A DNA stretch of 64,000 bases, from the NCBI GenBank assembly GCA_966211675.1, contig CBIHPK010000012.1, forward strand, positions 6,430-70,429. Reading direction: 5' to 3'. A program made the translations under genes and the position numbers. Each line of letters starts with the position of its first letter. Within the stretch, counting starts at the first letter, position 1. Of this stretch, positions 53,643 through 62,866 are shown one piece after another. The DNA is from an uncultured Myxococcaceae bacterium. GTDB taxonomy: Bacteria > Myxococcota_A > Polyangia > Polyangiales > Ga0077539. Below the pieces are notes generated by a model. It did not search any database. It was not told the origin of the DNA and saw nothing but the letters and a program-made list of their open reading frames with translations.

Positions 53643-54242
53643 TCAGCAGGGCGTCCCGAGCGCGCGCTCGAGCTCGCCGAAGGGGTCGACCACCGCGCGC
53701 ACGATGCCCCTCGCCACGGGCGGGAGCGAGGCCGCCATCTCCCAGGTCACGAAGCGCAGCTCGCCGATCAGAGCGCCGCCGAGCGGGGTCCAGAGCAGGT
53801 CGTTGACCGAGGGGCGGCTGTTCCATACCTCGACGCCGTACTCCCAGAGCACCGCGCCCGCGGCGGTGAAGGCGAGCGAGGCCGCGAAGCCATGCTGGCA
53901 CTGCCGGGCACGGAGGTAGAGCTCGCTGCCCATGAGCCCGTGGCCGAAGAAGTTGATCTCCCAGCGGTCGCCGTCCCACTCGAAGAGGCGTCGGTTGGGA
54001 TCGAACACCGGCGGCTGCGTGTAGGCCACCCTCAGGTGGGCGACGTCCCGGTCGCCGTCTTCGAGCGAGAAGGCGTGCGGCCAGAGGCGCATCGCGGCCA
54101 CGCGCTGCCCGAGGAGCAGCCCCGTCCCATGGAGGATCGGAACCGTCCAGGACGCGGCGTGAGGGCGCGGCGGCGGCGTCTGGGCCCCGGCGTCGACCGC
54201 GAGGGCCAGCACCGCGACCGCCGCCGTCGCCGCCCGGCGCAC
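53643..54242 (-). CDS. Hypothetical secreted protein
   Basis: Signal peptide AAVAVLALAVDAGAQ. The protein is Trp/Gly-rich (WDGDRWEINFFGHGLMGSELY). The family is not assigned. Confidence 0.5.
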   Translation of the reverse strand: MRRAATAAVAVLALAVDAGAQTPPPRPHAASWTVPILHGTGLLLGQRVAAMRLWPHAFSLEDGDRDVAHLRVAYTQPPVFDPNRRLFEWDGDRWEINFFGHGLMGSELYLRARQCQHGFAASLAFTAAGAVLWEYGVEVWNSRPSVNDLLWTPLGGALIGELRFVTWEMAASLPPVARGIVRAVVDPFGELERALGTPC

Positions 54243-54243
54243 G

Positions 54244-57200
54244 TCAGTTGTTCTTCGCGTTGCGGGCGAGGTAGGAGCCCCAGTCGAGGGGCTTGAGGTC
54301 CTCCACGCGATACTTGTGCATCGCCTCGACCGCGGCGCGGGCGAGCTGGAGGTTGGTGAGCAGCGGGACGTTCATGTCCACCGCGCGACGCCGGATGCGA
54401 TACCCGTCGGGCATCCCCTGGTTGTCATACGAGCGCGGGATGTTGATCACCAGGTCGATGTGCCCGCTGTTGAGCAGGGACACCGCGCTGGGCTCCTTGT
54501 CGTTGCTCTCCTTGTAGGCGACCTCGCAGGGGATGCCCTGCTCCTTGAGGACGTCCGCGGTGCCCGGCGTGGCGTACAGGGTCAGGCCCATCTCCCGCAG
54601 CCAGAGGGCCTCGCGCTCGAAGCGGTACTTGTCCGCCACGGGCCCGAGGGAGAGCAGCACGCCGCGCTTCGGCACCCGGAAGCCCGTCGCGATCAGCGCC
54701 TTGAGCAGCGCCTCGGAGAGGTCGTCGCCGAGGCAGCCGACCTCCCCCGTGGAGGCCATCTCGACGCCCAGCGTGGGGTCGGCGCCGGCGAGGCGGGAGA
54801 AGGAGAACTGCGCGGCCTTCACGGCCACGTAGTCGAGGTCGAGCGCCTCGACGGAGGTCGGCGTCGCGACGCCCAGCATGCGGCGAGCGGCCTCGCGGAT
54901 GAAGTTGGTCCCGGTGACCTTGGAGACGAAGGGGAAGGAGCGCGACGCCCGGAGGTTGCACTCGATCACCTTCACCACGTTGTCCTTCGCGAGGAACTGC
55001 ATGTTGAAGGGCCCGGTGATCTGCAGCGCCTTCGCCACGTCGCGGGCGATGCGCTTGATGCGCCGGATGGTCTCCACGTAGAGCTTCTGCGGTGGCAGCA
55101 CGAGCGTCGCGTCGCCCGAGTGCACGCCCGCGTTCTCGATGTGCTCGCTGATGGCCGAGAGGATCACCTCGCCGCGGTCGGCGACGGCGTCGATCTCGAT
55201 CTCCTTGGCGTGCGTCTCGAACTTGGTGATCACCACCGGGTGCTCCGGCGACACGGCCGTGGCGCGGTGCAGGTAGTTGCGCAGGTGGTGCTGCTCGTGG
55301 GCGACGGTCATGGCCGCGCCGGAGAGCACGTAGGAGGGCCGCACCAGCAGGGGGAAGCCGCCGAGCTCGTCGGTGATGCGCGTGAGGTTCTCGTCGCTCA
55401 CGTCCGTGGTGGTGGCCCAGCGCGGCTGGTCGATCTTGAGCTGGTCGAGCAGGTCGCCGAACTTCTCGCGGTCCTCCGCGCGGTCGACGCTCTCCGGGTT
55501 TGTGCCGAGCACTCGCACGCCCGCCTTGTGGAGCTTGAGCGCGAGGTTGTTCGAGACCTGTCCGCCCATGGAGACGATCACCCCGTAGGGCTGCTCGCGC
55601 TCATAGAGATCGAGCACCGTCTCCAGGCAGATCTCGTCGAAGACCAGCTTGTCGCAGACGTCGTAGTCCGTGCTGACCGTCTCCGGGTTGTAGTTGAGCA
55701 GGATGGTCTCGTAGCCGAGCTCCTGCACCGCGCGCACGGTGTTCACGCAGCACCAGTCGAACTCCACGCTCGACCCGATGCGGTACGCGCCGGACCCGAG
55801 GACCAGCACCTTCTTGCGCCACGAGGGCGCCACGTCGTCCACCGTCGCGTGGTAGGTCAGGTAGAGGTAGTTGGTCTCCGCGGGGTACTCGGCGGCCAGC
55901 GTGTCGATCTGGCAGAGGTGGGCTCTGATCCCGTGGCGCAGCCGCTCGGAGCGCACCTCGGACTCGGTGCTCTTGCGAAGCTTCGCGATGGCCCGGTCGG
56001 AGAAGCCCTGCTGCTTGGCCTCGCGCAGCAGCGCCGGGGCCACCGCGCCGCCGCCGTCCTTCAGCTGACGGCGCGTGCGCACCACCGACTCGATCTGGTG
56101 CAGGAACCACGGGTCGATGCCGGAGAGCGCGTTGATCTCCGCGACGCTCATCCCGTCGTTGAGCGCGCGGGCCACGGCGAGGATGCGGCGCGGCGAGGGG
56201 TTGCGGATCTCGTCTCGCAGGTCGTCGCCCACGAAGGCGTCCGGGTCGAGGCCGTCGACGCCGATCTCGATCATCCGCAGCGCCTTCTGGAGCACCTCCG
56301 GGAGCGTGCGGCCGATGGCCATCACCTCGCCGACGCTCTTCATCTCGCTGCCGATGCGCGTGTCGACCTGGTTGAACTTCTGCAGGTCCCAGCGGGGAAA
56401 CTTGCAGACGATGTAGTCGAGCGCGGGCTCGAAGAACGCGCTCGTGCGCCGGGTGATGGCGTTGGGCAGGTCGGGCAGCGTGTACCCGAGGGCGATCTTC
56501 GCGGCGACATACGCGAGCGGGTAACCGGTCGCCTTGGAGGCGAGCGCGCTCGACCGGCTCAGCCGCGCGTTGACCTCGATGACCCGGTAGTCGTTGCTCT
56601 TCGGGTCGAGCGCGTACTGGATGTTGCACTCGCCCACCACGCCGAGGTGCCGGATGGTGCGGATCGCGATCGACCGGAGCATCTGGTACTCCTCGTCGTT
56701 GAGCGTCTGCGACGGCGCCACCACGATCGACTCGCCCGTGTGGATGCCGAGCGGGTCGAGGTTCTCCATGTTGCAGACGGTGATGCAGTTGTCGCGGGCG
56801 TCGCGGACGACCTCGTACTCGATCTCCTTCCACCCGCGGAGCGACTCCTCCACCAGCACCTGCGCGGTGCCGCCGCCGAAGGCCCGCAGCAGCGCGGCCT
56901 CGAGCTGCGCCTCGGTCTCGCAGATGGCCGACCCCTTGCCGCCGAGCGAGTACGCCGCGCGCAGGATCACCGGCAGCCCGAGCGCGCGCACCGCTTCTCG
57001 CACCTCCTCGCGGCTGTTGCAGGCCGCCGAGCGCGCGGTCTTCACGCCGATCTCGTCGAGGCGCTGCTTGAAGCGCAGCCGGTCCTCGGTGTCGCGCACG
57101 GTGTCGACGGGCGTGCCGAGCACGCGCACGCCGTACTTCTTCAGCACGCCGCTCTCGTCGAGGGCGACGCCGCAGTTGAGCGCCGTCTGTCCGCCGAAGG

Positions 57201-57474
57201 AGATGGTGATCGCGTCGACCTCCTCGGCGATGATCACCTGCTCGACGAAGTGCGGGTCGACCGGGAGGAAGTAGACCTTGTCGGCCATCTCCTCGCTGGT
57301 CTGGATGGTCGCGATGTTGGGGTTGACCAGCACCGTCGCGATGCCCTCTTCGCGGATGGCCTTGATGGCCTGCGAGCCCGAGTAGTCGAACTCGCCGGCC
57401 TCGCCGATCTTGAGGGCGCCGGAGCCCAGGATGAGCACTCGGCGGGGCTTCTTGGGGAGATACTGTCCGAACAT
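54244..57474 (-). CDS. carB: Carbamoyl-phosphate synthase large subunit
   Basis: 1076 aa with two ATP-grasp halves and an MGS-like C-terminal domain. The N-terminus is the canonical ILILGSGALKIGEAGEFDYSGSQA. Confidence 0.97.
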   Translation of the reverse strand: MFGQYLPKKPRRVLILGSGALKIGEAGEFDYSGSQAIKAIREEGIATVLVNPNIATIQTSEEMADKVYFLPVDPHFVEQVIIAEEVDAITISFGGQTALNCGVALDESGVLKKYGVRVLGTPVDTVRDTEDRLRFKQRLDEIGVKTARSAACNSREEVREAVRALGLPVILRAAYSLGGKGSAICETEAQLEAALLRAFGGGTAQVLVEESLRGWKEIEYEVVRDARDNCITVCNMENLDPLGIHTGESIVVAPSQTLNDEEYQMLRSIAIRTIRHLGVVGECNIQYALDPKSNDYRVIEVNARLSRSSALASKATGYPLAYVAAKIALGYTLPDLPNAITRRTSAFFEPALDYIVCKFPRWDLQKFNQVDTRIGSEMKSVGEVMAIGRTLPEVLQKALRMIEIGVDGLDPDAFVGDDLRDEIRNPSPRRILAVARALNDGMSVAEINALSGIDPWFLHQIESVVRTRRQLKDGGGAVAPALLREAKQQGFSDRAIAKLRKSTESEVRSERLRHGIRAHLCQIDTLAAEYPAETNYLYLTYHATVDDVAPSWRKKVLVLGSGAYRIGSSVEFDWCCVNTVRAVQELGYETILLNYNPETVSTDYDVCDKLVFDEICLETVLDLYEREQPYGVIVSMGGQVSNNLALKLHKAGVRVLGTNPESVDRAEDREKFGDLLDQLKIDQPRWATTTDVSDENLTRITDELGGFPLLVRPSYVLSGAAMTVAHEQHHLRNYLHRATAVSPEHPVVITKFETHAKEIEIDAVADRGEVILSAISEHIENAGVHSGDATLVLPPQKLYVETIRRIKRIARDVAKALQITGPFNMQFLAKDNVVKVIECNLRASRSFPFVSKVTGTNFIREAARRMLGVATPTSVEALDLDYVAVKAAQFSFSRLAGADPTLGVEMASTGEVGCLGDDLSEALLKALIATGFRVPKRGVLLSLGPVADKYRFEREALWLREMGLTLYATPGTADVLKEQGIPCEVAYKESNDKEPSAVSLLNSGHIDLVINIPRSYDNQGMPDGYRIRRRAVDMNVPLLTNLQLARAAVEAMHKYRVEDLKPLDWGSYLARNAKNN

Positions 57475-57475
57475 C

Positions 57476-58576
57476 TCAACGTCCTCGCTTCATCGATCCG
57501 CAGAGCCGGAGGAAGTCGTCAAACAGGAAGGCCGTGTCTTCCGGACCCGGCGTGGCCTCGGGGTGGAACTGCACGCTCGACACCGCCCTCCCCCGCGCGC
57601 GGATGCCCTCGTTGGTGCCGTCGTTGACGTTGACGAACCAGGGCTCCCAGTCCGCCGGGAGCGAGTCCTCGCGCACGGCGTACCCGTGGTTCTGCGAGGT
57701 GACGTAGCAGCGGCGGGTGAGGAGGTCCTGCACCGGCTGGTTCTGCGAGCGGTGCCCGTAGCGGAGCTTGTACGTGTCGCCGCCCGCCGCGAGCGCGAGG
57801 AGCTGGTTGCCCAGGCACACCCCGAAGGTCGGCACGCCCTGGTCGAAGAGCCCGCGAATCTGCATCGCGAGGGGCATGAGGTCCTTCGGGTCGCCGGGAC
57901 CGTTGGAGAGCAGCACCCCGTCGATGTCCGGGAGGTACTTCGCGAGGTCCGCGTGGCTCGGCACCCGGATCACCGTCGCGCCGCGCTTCACGATCGCGCG
58001 GGCGATGTTGTCCTTGCACCCGGTGTCCACGAGCAGCACCCGCAGCTCTCCGCCCGCGTAGGTGACCTCCTCGGGCACCGTGCACTGCGCCACGACGGTG
58101 GGCATGTCGATGGCGTCCGCGCGGAGCTTCCCCTCGGCCGTCGGCGTGTCGTCGCGCAGCAGCCACCCCTTCATGGTGCCGTGCTCGCGGAGCTTTCGCG
58201 TGAGCGTCCGGGTGTCGATGCCCTCCACCGCGGGCACGTTCTCCTCGCGCAGCCACTCGCCGAGGGTGCTCGCCATCCCGTGGTGCGAGGGGCGGTCGCT
58301 GTGCCGGAGGCACACCATCCCCTGCACCTGCACCCGGCCGCTCTCGAAGGGAGCGCTGATGCTCCCCGCGGGCCGCCGCGCGGGCACGCCGTAGTTCCCC
58401 TGGAGGGGATACGTCGTGACCAGGATCTGCCCGCGGAAGCTCGGGTCGGTCAGCGTCTCGACGTACCCGCTCATCCCGGTGGTGAACACCACCTCGCCGG
58501 CGACCTCGCGCGGCGCGCCGAACGATCGGCCCCGCAATTCCGTCCCGTCTTCCAGCACCAGCTTCATGAAGTGCAT
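57476..58576 (-). CDS. carA: Carbamoyl-phosphate synthase small (glutaminase) subunit
   Basis: 366 aa. GATase motif with VPTFGVCLGNQLL and FHPE. Confidence 0.95.
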   Translation of the reverse strand: MHFMKLVLEDGTELRGRSFGAPREVAGEVVFTTGMSGYVETLTDPSFRGQILVTTYPLQGNYGVPARRPAGSISAPFESGRVQVQGMVCLRHSDRPSHHGMASTLGEWLREENVPAVEGIDTRTLTRKLREHGTMKGWLLRDDTPTAEGKLRADAIDMPTVVAQCTVPEEVTYAGGELRVLLVDTGCKDNIARAIVKRGATVIRVPSHADLAKYLPDIDGVLLSNGPGDPKDLMPLAMQIRGLFDQGVPTFGVCLGNQLLALAAGGDTYKLRYGHRSQNQPVQDLLTRRCYVTSQNHGYAVREDSLPADWEPWFVNVNDGTNEGIRARGRAVSSVQFHPEATPGPEDTAFLFDDFLRLCGSMKRGR

Positions 58577-58758
58577 CGCGAACTCCGTTGACCTCCGTCA
58601 CCGCCCCGCAGGGCGGCGCGGACCATACTCGAAAGCTGTCCGCGGTCGACCCCATAGACCGCCCGGAGCGCTCGACGGTCCCGACCCGGCCGGCGAGGAA
58701 CGAAAGTCGTCCCGTGGCGGTTGCGCCCCGCCGGAGTACCGGTACACCGGCCGTCGCC

Positions 58759-60207
58759 GTGTCGCCCGTGCCCCGAGTCCTCGCCGCGCTCGCCGCGTTC
58801 GCCGCGTCCCGGACCGCATGGGCCCAGCGTCCGCTTCGGACCAGCGACTTCGCCATCGACTTCTCCCGCGGTCCGGTGGTGGGACCCGGGCGGGCGGTGG
58901 GCCTCGGCGGCGCCTACGGCAGCCTGGTGTCCGGCGTCGACGGCGTCCCCTTCAACCCCGCGGGCTACGCGCAGCGCTCTGGGGCTGAGCTCTCCTGGTT
59001 CTCCTTCGACCCGGTGGTGTCGTTCTTCTTCCCGCAACGCAACTGGGACAACTCGGGCGCGAGCGGTCGCGACTACGACAGCTTCCAAGTCACGCAGCTG
59101 GGCATGGGGATGCACTTCGGCAACGTGGGCGTCGGGTACCTCGCGACCATCCAGAGCTACGAGCTCGGCGCGCGCAACGGCTTCGAGCGGCCCATCTCCG
59201 TCGACATGAGCTCGCACCACCTCGGCGGCGGACTGCTGCTGGGCGACGGCGAGGTGGTGATCGGCGCGGGCCTTCGCATCGGCTCGATGAACATCCAGTG
59301 GTCCGGGGCGGCCTCCAACCCGGGGTCGGGCAACGAGCTGCGCTACCTGGGCGTGGCGCCGGAGTTCGGCGCGCTCTGGCGTCCGACGGGCCAGCGCTTC
59401 CGCCTGGGCATCGCCTTCCGCTCCGAGGTGAGCGCGCTGCCCATCGACTTCGGCGTGACCGAGGGCGGGACCATCCGACGGCCCACCGGGTGCGCGGAGG
59501 GGAGCGCCGGGTGCTTCGTGGTCCCGCGGCGCATCGCGATGCCGTGGGAGATCGAGCTCGGCGCCTCGCTGATGCTTGGCGAGCGGACCTTCAACGTCCC
59601 GTGGCAGGACATGGTCGCCCTGCGCCGCGAGCTGCGCGACCGGCAGCGGGACGAGCGCGCCCGCCGGGAGCGGGAGCACCGCCTGGAGATCGCCGCCCTC
59701 GACGACGAGCTCGAGCGCGCCAGCCTCGACGCACGCTGGACCATCGAGGAGCGCGAGCGGCAGGAGCGCGAGGAGCTGGAGTACGCGAGCTTCTCGTGGC
59801 GCTGGCGGGCCGAGCAGCGGGTGATGCTGCGCGACCGCGGCCGTCGCTTCCTGCTCGTCTCCTTCGGCCTGGTGACCTTCGGTCCGGTGGGGCGCGGACA
59901 GGGCATCGACGCCTTCATGGCGCAGCAGGAGCGCCCCTCCGGGCGGGACCTCCTCCTGTCCCCGCGCCTCGGCCTGGAGGGCGAGCCCTGGGCCAACCAG
60001 CTCCAGCTTCGCGTCGGCAGCTACGTCGAGCCGTCGCGCTTCGACGACGTCCCGGCGCGCGTCCACTTCACCAGCGGCCTCGACCTGCGTCTCTTCCGCT
60101 GGGACGCCTTCAAGATCTCCGACCCGGTGAGCTTCAAGCTCACCTTCACCATGGACTACTCGTACAACTACTTCGACTGGGGCTTCGGCATCGGCTTCTG
60201 GCAATAG
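58759..60207 (+). CDS. Outer-membrane beta-barrel protein (PorV/FadL-like N-terminal motif) with a charged coiled-coil insertion
   Basis: GTG 58759 gives the signal peptide SPVPRVLAALAAFAASRTAWA. GRAVGLGGAYGSLVSGVDGVPFNPAG resembles the PorV/FadL-type motif. Alternating beta strands run throughout and the C-terminus is GFGIGFWQ. An Arg/Glu-rich insert lies at about 59615-59850. Confidence 0.55.
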   Translation: MSPVPRVLAALAAFAASRTAWAQRPLRTSDFAIDFSRGPVVGPGRAVGLGGAYGSLVSGVDGVPFNPAGYAQRSGAELSWFSFDPVVSFFFPQRNWDNSGASGRDYDSFQVTQLGMGMHFGNVGVGYLATIQSYELGARNGFERPISVDMSSHHLGGGLLLGDGEVVIGAGLRIGSMNIQWSGAASNPGSGNELRYLGVAPEFGALWRPTGQRFRLGIAFRSEVSALPIDFGVTEGGTIRRPTGCAEGSAGCFVVPRRIAMPWEIELGASLMLGERTFNVPWQDMVALRRELRDRQRDERARREREHRLEIAALDDELERASLDARWTIEERERQEREELEYASFSWRWRAEQRVMLRDRGRRFLLVSFGLVTFGPVGRGQGIDAFMAQQERPSGRDLLLSPRLGLEGEPWANQLQLRVGSYVEPSRFDDVPARVHFTSGLDLRLFRWDAFKISDPVSFKLTFTMDYSYNYFDWGFGIGFWQ

Positions 60208-60243
60208 GACCCGACGGCCCTCTACCCTCGTCGCACCCTACCG

Positions 60244-62424
60244 ATGAGACCGCACCTGCTCGCCCCCGTCGCCGCCCTCGCCGGAGCGTGCGCGCAGCCC
60301 GCCGCCCCACCCCCCGCTCCGCCCGAGGCCGGACCACCTCGCCTCGCCGTGGGCCTCGACGCGTACCGGCAATGGGACCGCCTCCCCCTCGTGCGCATCG
60401 GATCGCGCACGTACATGCGGAGCACCTACGACCGCGCCGGGGGCAACGAGGCCGCCGACGCGAGCCACTTCCTCCGCCAGGAGCGCGACGACTTCAACGT
60501 CTCGCTCGACGTCGAGGGCGCCGGCTTCGTCTACTTCGTCCGCACCAACCACTGGCACGGCAGCCCCTGGCACTACGTCGTGGACGGCGTCGACCACGTC
60601 GTCACCGAGACCAGCACCGCGGACCCCGACCACCCCGCCGCCGCGAGCGTCTTCGAGCCCGCCGCCGCCCTGCCCCCGCCGCTCACCTGGACCTGGTCGA
60701 CCACTCGCGGCGCCGACCTCAACTGGGTTCCGCTGGGCTTCGAGCGCTCCTTCACCATGGCCTACGGCCGCACCCATTACGGGACCGGGTATTACATCTA
60801 TCAGCTCGTCGCCGATGGGGAGACCAACCTCTCGCAGCCGGTGCGCTCCTGGGACGGGCGAGCGCCTCCCTCCGAGGACGTGCTCGACCTGCTGCGCCGC
60901 GCCGGGACGGACATCGCCCCGGTCGGCGACGGGGTCACCACGCAGGAGGGGAGCGTCGCGGTCCCTGCGACGGGAGCGGCCTCGGTGGTGCGGTTGGAGG
61001 GCGGCGCCTCGGTGGTGCGAGCGCTGCGCTTCACCGTGGCCCGAGACCGGGCGATCGCCTTCGGCAAGGCCCGTCTGCGCATCACCTGGGACGACCGAGC
61101 GGCGCCCTCCATCGACGCCCCGGTGGCGCTCTTCTTCGGCGCAGGGACCCTCTTCAACCGCGAGGACCGCGAGTGCCTCGTGAAGGGACTGCTCTCGAAC
61201 ATCTGCCAGGACGAGCGCGACGTGCGCCTGTCGATGTACCTCCCGATGCCCTTCTTCCAGAGCGCCCGGGTGGAGCTCGTGGGCGACGGCGCGGCCATCG
61301 CCGACGTCCGCTGGCACGTCCGCACGCAGCGCTGGAGCCACCCCCGCGCCGCGACGGCCTACCTCCACGCGACCCATGTCGACCACGCGGACCCGGTGCG
61401 GGGCCGCGACCTGGTGCTCCTCGACACCACCCACGTCGAAGGCGGCGGCGACTGGTGCGGGACCTTCATGGGCACCTCCTTCGTCTTCTCCGATCGGGCG
61501 GTGCTGGGCACGCTGGAGGGAGATCCGCGCTTCTTCTTCGACGACAGCCAGAGCCCGCAGGCGCAGGGGACGGGCACCGAGGAGTGGGGCGGCGGCGGCG
61601 ACTACTGGGGCGGGCGCACCATGACCCTCCCGCTCGCGGGTCACCCCGTCGGGGCGGTCGGTCCAGACTCCGCCCTCAACGACGAGGACCGCATCGAGTC
61701 GGCCTATCGCTTCCTGCTCGCCGACGCGATGCCCTTCGGACGCAACGCTCGCATCCAGCTGGAGCACGGCGCGGAGAACGACTCCACCGAGCACTACCAG
61801 AGCGTCACCTGGTGGTACGGCCGCCCGGAGGCCTGCCTCGTCGCCACCGACCGCCTCGACGTGGGCGACCCCTCCGACGAAGCTCGCCACCGTTACACCT
61901 CGCCCGGCTCGACGGCCCTCGACACGCTGACCTCCCGCTACGAGCTCGGCGTCGACACCCTGCCCGACGGAACGGTCGTCCTCCCGACCAGCACCGACAC
62001 GGGCCGCCACACCAGCGGCAGCTCGGAGTTCACGCTCTCGCTCGACCCGGCCAACCGGGGCGTGCTGCTGCGCCGCACCATGGACTACGGCTATCGCGAC
62101 CAGCGCGCGGAGGTCTTCATCGCCGACGACCGGGACGGAGCGTCCTTCGAGCGGGCCGGGGTCTGGTACACGGCCGGCTCCAACCAGTGCGTGTACTCCA
62201 ACCCCTCCGCGGAGCTCGGTGCGGCGGAGCACGCCGTGCAGACCTCCAACCGGCGCTGGCGCGACGATGAGTTCCTGCTGCCGTCGCGGCTCACCGCGGG
62301 TCGACGCGCCATCCGGGTGCGCGTGACCTCCTCGCCCGTGCACCGCCCGATCACCCCCGGTGCGACCGCCGCGGAGAGCGCCTGGAGCGAGTACCGCTAC
62401 ACGGCTTACTCGTACCGGTATTGA
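60244..62424 (+). CDS. DUF2961 (GH172-like) lipoprotein with additional C-terminal domain
   Basis: Signal/lipobox VAALAGAC. RSTYDRAGGNEAAD and EGAGFVYFVRTNHW resemble the DUF2961 signature. At 726 aa it is about twice the usual family length. Confidence 0.65.
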   Translation: MRPHLLAPVAALAGACAQPAAPPPAPPEAGPPRLAVGLDAYRQWDRLPLVRIGSRTYMRSTYDRAGGNEAADASHFLRQERDDFNVSLDVEGAGFVYFVRTNHWHGSPWHYVVDGVDHVVTETSTADPDHPAAASVFEPAAALPPPLTWTWSTTRGADLNWVPLGFERSFTMAYGRTHYGTGYYIYQLVADGETNLSQPVRSWDGRAPPSEDVLDLLRRAGTDIAPVGDGVTTQEGSVAVPATGAASVVRLEGGASVVRALRFTVARDRAIAFGKARLRITWDDRAAPSIDAPVALFFGAGTLFNREDRECLVKGLLSNICQDERDVRLSMYLPMPFFQSARVELVGDGAAIADVRWHVRTQRWSHPRAATAYLHATHVDHADPVRGRDLVLLDTTHVEGGGDWCGTFMGTSFVFSDRAVLGTLEGDPRFFFDDSQSPQAQGTGTEEWGGGGDYWGGRTMTLPLAGHPVGAVGPDSALNDEDRIESAYRFLLADAMPFGRNARIQLEHGAENDSTEHYQSVTWWYGRPEACLVATDRLDVGDPSDEARHRYTSPGSTALDTLTSRYELGVDTLPDGTVVLPTSTDTGRHTSGSSEFTLSLDPANRGVLLRRTMDYGYRDQRAEVFIADDRDGASFERAGVWYTAGSNQCVYSNPSAELGAAEHAVQTSNRRWRDDEFLLPSRLTAGRRAIRVRVTSSPVHRPITPGATAAESAWSEYRYTAYSYRY

Positions 62425-62437
62425 CCCTCTCGCCGGG

Positions 62438-62836
62438 TCAGTCGTCGTCGCCGCTTCGCACGGTCACCACCGGGCAGTGCGCCGCGCGGATCACCTCGTC
62501 CGCGACGCTGCCGAGGAACCACCGGCGCATCGCCGACACCTGCCGCGTCGCCACCACGATGAGGTCGGCGTTGCCCTCCTCCGCCAGGTCGACCAGGGCC
62601 CTCGCGATGTCGCTCCCCAGCACGAGCTGGCTGGTGACCCCGGGGCCCGCGTCGTCGGCCACCCTCGCGAGCGCGGCCCGGCGCTCGACCACCTTCGGGT
62701 CGTTGTCGTCGTTGCCGTCGGCGATGTGCACGACGTTGACGGTGGCCTGCAGCGGCTGCGCGAGATCGAGCGCCCAGGAGAGCGCGTCGTCCGAAGCCTC
62801 GGTGAAGTCGTAGCCCACGACGATGCGACGGATCAT
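62438..62836 (-). CDS. Universal stress protein (UspA family)
   Basis: Motifs MIRRIVVGYDFTEASDDAL, LIVVATR, GSVADEVIRAAHCPVVTV. Confidence 0.85.
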   Translation of the reverse strand: MIRRIVVGYDFTEASDDALSWALDLAQPLQATVNVVHIADGNDDNDPKVVERRAALARVADDAGPGVTSQLVLGSDIARALVDLAEEGNADLIVVATRQVSAMRRWFLGSVADEVIRAAHCPVVTVRSGDDD

Positions 62837-62866
62837 TCGCTTGACTCCTACGGTCCGGGAACGCTT

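Noticed and set aside
53632-53643. Perfect 12-nt palindrome AGCCGATCGGCT between convergent stops. A 6-bp hairpin TGACCC/GGGTCA spans both stop codons at 62422-62440.
   Set aside because: The stems are too short (4-6 bp) and lack a U-tract, so they cannot be called terminators. They were noted only as possible weak structures.
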